This document shows positions 27,321-34,569 of a stretch of 35,433 nt of DNA, one piece after another (position 1 is the stretch's first letter; each line of letters opens with the position of its first letter). The translations under genes were made by a program, and so were the position numbers. The stretch lies in IMG/VR virus record IMGVR_UViG_3300012007_000007, positions 1-35,433 of that record, one strand, 5' to 3'. Source of the stretch: a virus (taxonomy: Duplodnaviria; Heunggongvirae; Uroviricota; Caudoviricetes). The notes under the pieces were generated by a model. That model did no database searches. It saw only the letters and a list, made by a program, of their open reading frames with translations, and was not told the origin of the DNA.

Positions 27321-27527
27321 CTACATGGCGACGAATATCCGCATGACTTCCTCCCGGACTTTCCCGGTCTCCTCCCGGGAAGCCGCCAGCTTGTGCTGGA
27401 GTTCCGCGATGATTCCGACCAGTTCCGCCCGGGACATGGTGGACAGCTGCTCCTCGGTGAGCTCGTCCACGTTCCTCGTCAGCTTGTCGCCGAGCCACTC
27501 GCCCAGCTTTGATATGTTGAATTGCAT
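27321..27527 (-). CDS. small coiled-coil protein
   Basis: 68-aa helical ORF filling the gap. Confidence 0.6.
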   Translation of the reverse strand: MQFNISKLGEWLGDKLTRNVDELTEEQLSTMSRAELVGIIAELQHKLAASREETGKVREEVMRIFVAM

Positions 27528-27578
27528 AGCGTGCAGTATGTTTATTCCGGGAAGAATTCCCGGTTTCTTACATTTTTC

Positions 27579-27929
27579 TTACAGATTGTTCTTCACTATC
27601 TGCATGAGCTCTTCCATGATGTCTTCGTCGTATATCATGCGTACAGTGTCCGACATCAGCTCGTAGACCCTGAACTTTGGTCTCTCCGACATTATGGTTA
27701 GAAACTCCGGGTTCCAGTCATGGTCCTCCATTTCGGACATGACCTTCCTGGCCTTCCTGTAGGAAGTGCTCCGGTATACGCGCACGGCTTCCTTATTCTC
27801 CACTCCAAGGAACACATAAACGGAATACTCGCGTCCTACCGGAACCAGTATCCTGTCCAGGAACCTCCGCAGGAACCCCAGGAATATCCCGAGGTAGCCG
27901 GCCAGGTATATCTGCCTGCTAGGTCCCAT
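27579..27929 (-). CDS. N-terminal tag family protein
   Basis: MGPSRQIYLAGYLGIFLGFLRRFLDRILVP. Confidence 0.75.
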   Translation of the reverse strand: MGPSRQIYLAGYLGIFLGFLRRFLDRILVPVGREYSVYVFLGVENKEAVRVYRSTSYRKARKVMSEMEDHDWNPEFLTIMSERPKFRVYELMSDTVRMIYDEDIMEELMQIVKNNL

Positions 27930-28653
27930 CGGCCTTCCCGGGTCTCTTCCTGAATTTCCTCTGTGCCGGCCTGTCCATCGAGGTCGCCATCCTGGACAGT
28001 GCATCGACTATGGGAACTACCGAGCGGAAGTCCTCCGACGCCTCCCGGGAATCCACGGACATGCCCGGGATTACCCGGGATGGTTTCCGGCCTATCCCCC
28101 GGAGCACCCGGGAACGGTCTATCGCCACCTCGTCCGGGGCAACCCTTATCGTGCGCAGGCTTACCGCCCACTCGGCAATCCTGTTCCTGCGGAAGATGTG
28201 CACGGTGGACAGCTCGACGTTACCCTCGCGCTGCCCGACGTCGAGCACGTAGTCATGGTCCACGCCGACACCGTTGTCCCTGGTGAGGAAGTGCCCCTTG
28301 AGGGGCATGCAGGCAGCCACCGCGTCATACAGCGCGGCCTGCCCGGCGACCTTCCCGTACGGGAACAGCTTCTCCATGGCCGCCTGCACCAGGCGGTTTC
28401 CGGCCTCCAGCACGGCGTGGTCTGACGACGGCTCCCAGTCCGCCAGCTTGCGGAGCATGGATACGAGCTCCGGGTCCGCCGAGGAGGTTGTCTTGACGGG
28501 TATCTTGGGGGGCGACTTGGGGGGCGACTTGGTGGGCGACTCGGGGGGCGACTCGGGGGGTTCCTCGGATTTCCCCGGGAGTTCCCGGGGCTTAGCCGGT
28601 TTCCTGCGGAGCCTGATGACTCCGAACTTCTTAACTGCCGTTTCTTTCTTCAT
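27919..28653 (-). CDS. hypothetical protein with Pro/Ser/Lys repeat linker (leaderless)
   Basis: ATG 5 nt after class I motif. Confidence 0.7.
   Translation of the reverse strand: MKKETAVKKFGVIRLRRKPAKPRELPGKSEEPPESPPESPTKSPPKSPPKIPVKTTSSADPELVSMLRKLADWEPSSDHAVLEAGNRLVQAAMEKLFPYGKVAGQAALYDAVAACMPLKGHFLTRDNGVGVDHDYVLDVGQREGNVELSTVHIFRRNRIAEWAVSLRTIRVAPDEVAIDRSRVLRGIGRKPSRVIPGMSVDSREASEDFRSVVPIVDALSRMATSMDRPAQRKFRKRPGKADGT
28505..28560 (-). repeat. 12-bp tandem repeat encoding PPES/PPES/PTKS/PPKS/PPK
   Basis: (gggggcgactyg)n, about 4.5 copies. Confidence 0.85.
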
Positions 28654-28856
28654 GCCACAAATATAGCAAAGTTGCTGAATGATTGCCATAGAAAAGCGAA
28701 ATCCATCGCCTCGGCGATGGACTTGTTCAGGTGCTTGATTTTTCTCGTGTACTTCTTCCTGTCCCGGACTATCCTGGTCCGGAGCGTGGCGCCGTTGCCG
28801 GTGCCGGCAATCCGTTCCTCCCGGAGTCTCCGGGATTCTTTCGCTTTCTTGGCCAT
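28650..28856 (-). CDS. ArfA/BrfA-like alternative ribosome rescue factor
   Basis: AGGAGG RBS; MAKKAK...LRTRIVRDRKKYTRKIKH then a hydrophobic tail; terminator inside the ORF. Confidence 0.6.
   Translation of the reverse strand: MAKKAKESRRLREERIAGTGNGATLRTRIVRDRKKYTRKIKHLNKSIAEAMDFAFLWQSFSNFAIFVA
28659..28670 (-). promoter_or_regulatory. class I promoter motif
   Basis: TTTGCTATATTT-GTGGC-ATG. Confidence 0.75.
28692..28721 (-). terminator. intrinsic terminator inside the ArfA-like ORF
   Basis: TCCATCGC-CGAG-GCGATGGA-TTTCGCTTTT on the minus strand. Confidence 0.75.
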
Positions 28857-28889
28857 TGGTTTTCCTCCTGTTCGGTGAAAGTTTATAAT

Positions 28890-28905
28890 AAATATAGCAT
28901 AAACT
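28890..28905. promoter_or_regulatory. interlocked divergent promoters: TGCTATATTT (-) and ATAAACT (+)
   Basis: aaatatagcataaact. Confidence 0.65.
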
Positions 28906-28927
28906 GTCTGAAAGAAGGAGAACCCCG

Positions 28928-29515
28928 ATGGAACCAAGACTGATAGAGGCGCTGATGACCGGGTACCGGGCGATACTGGAAGCCCAGGATGCCGGTATGA
29001 GGAAGCTCGAGTCCTACCTGAACAGGAAACCCGACGCGGACATCAAGGACGATGACGGGTACATCACCACCGCGAAGAAGGCGTACAACTACTTCAAGGA
29101 TGCCAGGATGGTAGAGGACCACTGGGCCGTGCACTTCACGAGCGAGGAAGTCTACCCGAAGATAAAGAAGTCCGGGTTCTCCCACGGAACGTCCGTGCTG
29201 GACCACCTGGCATACACCTCGCAGTATCCTGGGAACCGCACCAAGCAGGGGTGGCTGTTCGCCGTTCCCGTTGACACGGCCTACCTGAAGCACTACGACA
29301 TGGGATACGGCGACTGCGCCTTCCTCATAAAGACCGACGGCGTGATAGCGAAGCACGTCGGGGAAAGGGACCTGGAACTCCTGTTCCGCCGCAAGGACGT
29401 GAAGGAGACCATCCCGTTCTACTACGACCGTGAAGAGAAGAAATGGGTAGTCGACGACGATAAGAAGGAGTCCTTCGACACCATAGGCGAGATTGTCGAC
29501 AAGTACGCTGTCTAG
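28928..29515 (+). CDS. putative ADP-ribosyltransferase-fold virion protein
   Basis: WAVHFTS..IKKSGF..HLAY..GWLFA..YGD..KHVGERDLELLF; leader TGYRAILEA; AAGGAG RBS. Confidence 0.55.
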   Translation: MEPRLIEALMTGYRAILEAQDAGMRKLESYLNRKPDADIKDDDGYITTAKKAYNYFKDARMVEDHWAVHFTSEEVYPKIKKSGFSHGTSVLDHLAYTSQYPGNRTKQGWLFAVPVDTAYLKHYDMGYGDCAFLIKTDGVIAKHVGERDLELLFRRKDVKETIPFYYDREEKKWVVDDDKKESFDTIGEIVDKYAV

Positions 29516-29694
29516 CCGGTTACAAAGAACACAATGATTGAAACAGGTATGCCGGACAACAGGCTGACCATCAGGGAATGCCGTCTCCACCACCTGCTGG
29601 CGAACAAGCTCGGCAGGTAGCAGCAGACGGCCATGCACAGGCAGTAGGCGACTACGGCCAGGCGGAGCCTGACTGAAAGGTCCAGCGTCACCAT
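29512..29694 (-). CDS. small hydrophobic protein
   Basis: 60-aa ORF adjacent to the upstream stop. Confidence 0.45.
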   Translation of the reverse strand: MVTLDLSVRLRLAVVAYCLCMAVCCYLPSLFASRWWRRHSLMVSLLSGIPVSIIVFFVTG

Positions 29695-29695
29695 G

Positions 29696-30130
29696 CTAGT
29701 TATTCTCGCGGTATGCCTGGCGGAGCCTGTTGGCCAGCATCGGGATGAGGCGGTGCTTTTCCGGGGGGAGAAGCTTTGTCAGCGGCACGTTCCACACGAC
29801 ATTCTCGGACGGTGGATTCCCGGCATCCGCCGAAGCGATACGCTTCCATCCCCTCACACCAGACATGATGTCGGCAAGCACGCTCATGGCATCCTCGGTC
29901 TGACTCCCGCGGGTCGTTGTCGCCACGTGGTAGTACGTACCGTCCCTGTGGACCAGGAACACCTTGACGTCGCCGTTCTTCCTGGGCAGCCTGAGCAGGT
30001 AATCGTTCGCGTCGTCCATGGTAATCGGGCGAATCTTCCTGAAGATACGGCGGGCGCCGTAGAGGAAGATGGACAGGTACATGGCGTTGAACATGTGGGT
30101 CTTGAAATTGTATGGTAGCTCGCTAAACAT
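29696..30130 (-). CDS. N-terminal tag family protein
   Basis: MFNAMYLSIFLYGARRIFRKIRP. Confidence 0.78.
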   Translation of the reverse strand: MFSELPYNFKTHMFNAMYLSIFLYGARRIFRKIRPITMDDANDYLLRLPRKNGDVKVFLVHRDGTYYHVATTTRGSQTEDAMSVLADIMSGVRGWKRIASADAGNPPSENVVWNVPLTKLLPPEKHRLIPMLANRLRQAYRENN

Positions 30131-30557
30131 CGAACTCTATTTCCTTGGTGTGGATTGTGAATGGTATGTCGCCAGTCTCTATGCGGCTGACCAGCTCGGC
30201 GACAGTCTCTATCGGAATGAGCGTCGTCTCGGTGTAGGTGGAAGTCCCTCCCTTCAGGGGCATGTTCACCTCGGTGGAGTAGGCCACGTTCAGTGCCGGC
30301 CTGCCGTCGACGAGGAGCTCCTTGGTGTCCCGGACGGCCATCACCGTCCTGGCGGCCCCGTTCGCCTTGCGCTCCAGTATGAGCTGGGAGGCCACGACTA
30401 TCGCTGCATACTTGCGGATGCTCTCCCGTATTCCCGGGAAGTCCGGGAAGGACAGCCCGTGCTCCCTGTATGTGTCGAGGTTGACCTGTCCGTCACCCGG
30501 GAGGGGGACGATTCTCGCTGTCGTCTTTCCGTTATCTTGTTGCATACTATCTGCCAT
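30123..30557 (-). CDS. hypothetical protein
   Basis: 144-aa ORF in operon. Confidence 0.7.
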   Translation of the reverse strand: MADSMQQDNGKTTARIVPLPGDGQVNLDTYREHGLSFPDFPGIRESIRKYAAIVVASQLILERKANGAARTVMAVRDTKELLVDGRPALNVAYSTEVNMPLKGGTSTYTETTLIPIETVAELVSRIETGDIPFTIHTKEIEFDV

Positions 30558-30602
30558 TGAAATTTAAGTTCATCGAAAGTTGGTGATTCTTCTGCCGGGA
30601 AT

Positions 30603-30944
30603 TCACTTTCCCGGGGTTCCCTGTGTCTCATCTCGTGTTCTTTCCTGTATTAGTCGCTCGCGGTTCCTCGTCAGGATTCCGCGGATTTCCATCTTCTCGT
30701 ACTCCGGCATCTTGGAGGAATACTTCTTCAGACCGGCGGTAAAGAACCGGCGAAGCAGCGTGAAGAACTGGGAGTTCCTCCGCTTCTCGTCGTCATATCC
30801 CGTCTTGGACGTGATTTCCGCCGCGCCAGCCTTGGCGTAGTCGTACATCTTCTCGACCCTAGGTACGGGCATTCCGTAGACGATTGCCTGGTCGACAATC
30901 ATCCTGGCCACCCTTTCCGGATATTTGTTGTTCTGTTCGCTCAT
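30603..30944 (-). CDS. hypothetical protein (leaderless)
   Basis: ATG 5 nt after class I motif. Confidence 0.75.
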   Translation of the reverse strand: MSEQNNKYPERVARMIVDQAIVYGMPVPRVEKMYDYAKAGAAEITSKTGYDDEKRRNSQFFTLLRRFFTAGLKKYSSKMPEYEKMEIRGILTRNRERLIQERTRDETQGTPGK

Positions 30945-30949
30945 GCCAC

Positions 30950-30962
30950 AAATATAGCAAAA
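30950..30962 (-). promoter_or_regulatory. class I promoter motif
   Basis: TTTTGCTATATTT-GTGGC-ATG. Confidence 0.78.
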
Positions 30963-31016
30963 ATCGTAGATTATAAACGTAGTGCGGGTTGAAAAATTCT
31001 TAAAAAGACGGAAAAG

Positions 31017-32180
31017 ATGGAAAACTTACAAAAAACTTACAATAAGCTCCCGAACAAGTGGCTGAACTGCGCCATACCGGGAGTCGCGCTGACAACCTGC
31101 ATAGGCTCGGTCTACTGCTGGAGCCAGTTCTCGGCCAACCTGATGGAGGCCTTCGGGATATCCCGGTTCGCCACGGACATCGGGTTCACGCTCATCATAT
31201 TCTTCCTCGGGATGTTCGCCGCCCTGTTCGGGAGCACCATAGAGAGGAACCCCCGGGTGGGCGCCTGGATTTCCACCGCGGTATTCATCACCGGCTTCAT
31301 CCTGCTCGGGGTAGCCGTAATGACCGGTACGCTCCCGCTGTTCTACGTGGCTACCGCCACCATCGGGGCAGGAACCGGAATCGGCTACGTAACTCCCGTA
31401 AAGACCCTGATGGCGTTCTTCGCGGGCCACAAGGGGATGGCCTCCGGTCTCGCCATAACGGGATTCGGCCTGGCAAAGTTCATCGCCTCCCCTGTTATCG
31501 AGTGGCTATTGGCCACGGTGCCGCTCCATACCATGTTCTTCATGATGGGCGGAATCTATGCCGCGGTCATGACCGCATCCGCCATGCTCCTCAGGAAGCA
31601 CCCCGACTGCACCGGGACGTGCAGCAGGTACGACATGTTCAGCTACAGGTACATGCTGAAGATGAAGGAGTGGTGGGCGATATGGTTCATGTTCATGGTG
31701 AACATATCCTGCGGACTCGCCATCATATCCCAGGAGAAGTCCCTGCTTCTCGCACTGGGCATCGCCAGCGTGGCGGCAATCCTTTCGGGGACCGCCCTGG
31801 CCAATGCCGGGGGAAGGATTGGGTTCTCCACCCTGTCCGACAAGATAGGCCGGAAGGCCTCCTACCACTTCGTATGCAGCTTCGGCATAATGGGCGCCCT
31901 GTTCTGCATTACCGGGAATCCCGTGATGTGCGTAGTCGGAATCCTCCTGTGCGAGGCGGCATACGGCGGCAACTTCAGCGTGCTCCCCAGCCTGCTCGAG
32001 AAGAGGTACGGAATCAACAACGCTTCCCGCATACACGCGATGACCCTGACCGGGTGGAGCGTCGGCGGGATATTCGGGCCCCTCCTGGCCAACACGTTCA
32101 CCGGGACTACGCTATACATGGTGCTGGCAATACTCTACTTCATCGCCTTCACCGTGATGGAGATGAACGTCAGGAAGTAG
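31017..32180 (+). CDS. MFS transporter, oxalate/formate antiporter (OFA, YhjX-like) family
   Basis: About 12 TM; CIGSVYCWS, GIGYVTPVKTLM, GMASGLAITGFG, NAGGRIGFSTLSDKIGRK, YGGNFS. Confidence 0.9.
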   Translation: MENLQKTYNKLPNKWLNCAIPGVALTTCIGSVYCWSQFSANLMEAFGISRFATDIGFTLIIFFLGMFAALFGSTIERNPRVGAWISTAVFITGFILLGVAVMTGTLPLFYVATATIGAGTGIGYVTPVKTLMAFFAGHKGMASGLAITGFGLAKFIASPVIEWLLATVPLHTMFFMMGGIYAAVMTASAMLLRKHPDCTGTCSRYDMFSYRYMLKMKEWWAIWFMFMVNISCGLAIISQEKSLLLALGIASVAAILSGTALANAGGRIGFSTLSDKIGRKASYHFVCSFGIMGALFCITGNPVMCVVGILLCEAAYGGNFSVLPSLLEKRYGINNASRIHAMTLTGWSVGGIFGPLLANTFTGTTLYMVLAILYFIAFTVMEMNVRK

Positions 32181-32202
32181 GAATCTGCCGTAAAATACAT
32201 GG

Positions 32203-32227
32203 AATTCCCGGGAGGTTCCCGGGAATT
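32203..32227 (+). terminator. hairpin terminator (CCGGGA-GGT-TCCCGG family)
   Basis: aattcccggga-ggt-tcccgggaatt-tt. Confidence 0.72.
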
Positions 32228-32238
32228 TTGCTATATTT
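32226..32238 (+). promoter_or_regulatory. class I promoter motif
   Basis: TTTTGCTATATTT-CGGAT-ATG. Confidence 0.75.
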
Positions 32239-32243
32239 CGGAT

Positions 32244-32489
32244 ATGCAGAACGTAGAAGTTAAAACAGAAACCATCGTAACTACGACATGCGACTTATGC
32301 GGAGGCACCGTATCGCCGCGATGGGAAGGCACGACAATGGCCGGCTCGCTCGAGACGAGGAATGGCGAGGTAATCAACTATGGACTGAGCCTTGTCCTGA
32401 GCAAGTGTACCAATCTCAGCTGTCATGACGTATGCGGCTCATGCCTCAAAGATATTTTAGGCAAGATTCGGGACCGCATATGCGACTGA
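32244..32489 (+). CDS. small zinc-ribbon protein (leaderless)
   Basis: TCDLCG...HDVCGSC. Confidence 0.7.
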   Translation: MQNVEVKTETIVTTTCDLCGGTVSPRWEGTTMAGSLETRNGEVINYGLSLVLSKCTNLSCHDVCGSCLKDILGKIRDRICD

Positions 32490-32493
32490 CCAC

Positions 32494-33000
32494 ATGAATA
32501 CCGGCATATACACAGCCCTGTACCTTGCCATATTCATCAGCTTCCTGCGGAGGCTGATTGCCAGGGTCATGTCCCCGGTACGCCGTAGACGCCTGAAGCG
32601 AAGGGCAATGCCGAAAGAGAACAGCAGGCTTGCCCTGTTCCTTAGCGTAGAAATTGCAGGGACAGACACATTAGAATACTACAGGTACCACATCCAGAAT
32701 CTTCCTCCCATAATCCACCGGTATGACGCGCTTGTACTCTGTGACGTACTCAACTCGAATGCCAAGGTAAAGGCTCTCCCGGCCGCCATTACTCGCATGA
32801 TGAAACCTTATTCAGAAGAAAAGACATGCACCATGGTCAGCTTCTACTGCCGTCCCGTTCCTTATCCAGACGAAGACATCCCCAGCTCGATATTGTCAGC
32901 CATCGGATATTCAGTCGACAATATCTACGGACTGATTGGCCAGACAATAGACGATATCTATGACAACGCCATGGAGCCGGAGCTGCGTAATGCGAATTGA
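32494..33000 (+). CDS. N-terminal tag family protein
   Basis: MNTGIYTALYLAIFISFLRRLIARVMSP. Confidence 0.8.
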   Translation: MNTGIYTALYLAIFISFLRRLIARVMSPVRRRRLKRRAMPKENSRLALFLSVEIAGTDTLEYYRYHIQNLPPIIHRYDALVLCDVLNSNAKVKALPAAITRMMKPYSEEKTCTMVSFYCRPVPYPDEDIPSSILSAIGYSVDNIYGLIGQTIDDIYDNAMEPELRNAN

Positions 33001-33415
33001 GACACTGGCATACATAGCGATAGGACTTCACTTCGCCCGGAAAATCCTGCACAAGACCGCGTGCTTCACACCTGTCATAATCGACTACAAGGAAGGCGCT
33101 ACCCACTGGGTAAACGTGAAACTGAGGACCTGGGAAGGGAAAGAGAAGACATACGAGCGCATAATGCTCATACCTCCCGGGAAACTCACCAAGGACGAGA
33201 TGAAGAAAATACTCAACCGTCTTAACTTCGGAGGTTGGAAGGAGATATTCCAGCACTGGGAGACAGTAGTTCTCTCTGCATCGTTCAGCATATCGAACTC
33301 CTTCCCGGCGACACGCAATGCGGCCGGGAAGGACTACATTATTTTCCGCGTGACTTACGGCCTCGGATTATTCAACAGGCTGCGCAACGCGTTCCTCCTG
33401 CCCGCCGGGGACTAG
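32990..33415 (+). CDS. N-terminal tag family protein
   Basis: MRIETLAYIAIGLHFARKILHKT. Confidence 0.75.
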   Translation: MRIETLAYIAIGLHFARKILHKTACFTPVIIDYKEGATHWVNVKLRTWEGKEKTYERIMLIPPGKLTKDEMKKILNRLNFGGWKEIFQHWETVVLSASFSISNSFPATRNAAGKDYIIFRVTYGLGLFNRLRNAFLLPAGD

Positions 33416-33418
33416 CAT

Positions 33419-33431
33419 TTTTGCTATATTT
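33419..33431 (+). promoter_or_regulatory. class I promoter motif
   Basis: TTTTGCTATATTT-GTGGC-ATG. Confidence 0.78.
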
Positions 33432-33436
33432 GTGGC

Positions 33437-33820
33437 ATGGAAAAGGCAATAAGTTTCAACCTAGGAAGATGCGAGCAGTCGGACTGCTCCAACACTGTCC
33501 TATGGTTCGTATCCGACGGCGATACAAGGTTCGCGATAAGGGCGGTCACCGCAAGTGATATCGTGAACGGTAAATGCGTAGGGCTCGCCCCCTCCAGATG
33601 GTACCAGTCAGTCGCCCCGTCTCTCCCGGTAATCGAACTGGGCGACGTATCGTCCACATTCTCGTTCGCCTATGCAATCGTGTACGGCAAGTGCGACATC
33701 TCGCTGCGCTCACTCACGGAATACGTCCTTGAACAGAGGAAGAAGCTGGAGGAAACCGTGGATTCCCGGGAAGTCCTTGGCATCGACCGGAAGATATGCC
33801 AGCTGATGAGGATGGTGTAG
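33437..33820 (+). CDS. hypothetical protein (leaderless)
   Basis: ATG 5 nt after motif. Confidence 0.75.
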   Translation: MEKAISFNLGRCEQSDCSNTVLWFVSDGDTRFAIRAVTASDIVNGKCVGLAPSRWYQSVAPSLPVIELGDVSSTFSFAYAIVYGKCDISLRSLTEYVLEQRKKLEETVDSREVLGIDRKICQLMRMV

Positions 33821-33823
33821 GCG

Positions 33824-34567
33824 ATGGATTTCTCCATAAAGAAATGGTCAGGCCATGCCAACGGGAAGAACGGGGACCCGCGTGTGCGCGAATTCAGTCT
33901 CGATGACTTCACCAGCATGCTTCCTACCGACGTGTTCAGAACTACTTCCCACCACGGCAACGAGCTGATATACGTACCTACCGGCAACATCATAGAGGAA
34001 CATGGAATGACGCTACGTATCAGGATAGGTATGCGGCCCGTCCCCGCCTGTTCCGGCGTACACCCGTACATCGACTCCTTCCACACACCGGTCAAGAACC
34101 CGGACACGCTGGAATGGATGCGTGTGGTGTCCATATGCACCATGTCCGGAAAACACCTGTGCTCTATGATGTTCTACCTAGCCGAACGGCCGATAACCAT
34201 AGGGCTCACCGTCGGGAAGGACATAGAGACCATCCACGAGGCGTACTTCCACCCGACACCCGTCAGTTTCGGGAACCTGAAGGCACGCATGTTTGTTGGC
34301 CTGGCCACTTGCGATTCCAGCATGACGTACGAGCAATTCGTCATGACGTACCATATTGGTATCGACGTCCTCATGGAAGAAGCCGACACCTACGAACTCC
34401 GGGCCGTCCAGTCAGCCCCGTCAGCAAGGTGGTCCAAATACTCCGACGACTTCGCGGACGCGGTACATTCCGGGGAACCCACGGTATACTCCATCGACGG
34501 GAAGATTGCACTCTCCACGTGGTGGCTCAAGGAACGGTGGCTCGCCGGAGGACAGGGGACCCGCTGA
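33824..34567 (+). CDS. hypothetical protein
   Basis: 247-aa ORF in operon. Confidence 0.72.
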   Translation: MDFSIKKWSGHANGKNGDPRVREFSLDDFTSMLPTDVFRTTSHHGNELIYVPTGNIIEEHGMTLRIRIGMRPVPACSGVHPYIDSFHTPVKNPDTLEWMRVVSICTMSGKHLCSMMFYLAERPITIGLTVGKDIETIHEAYFHPTPVSFGNLKARMFVGLATCDSSMTYEQFVMTYHIGIDVLMEEADTYELRAVQSAPSARWSKYSDDFADAVHSGEPTVYSIDGKIALSTWWLKERWLAGGQGTR

Positions 34568-34569
34568 TT

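Noticed and set aside
10792-32227. CCGGGA hairpins as a CRISPR array or IS ends
   Set aside because: Dispersed, with no regular spacers, cas genes or transposase.
31058-32263. 401-aa alternative-frame ORF over the MFS gene
   Set aside because: Arg/His/Pro-rich off-frame translation of the transporter.
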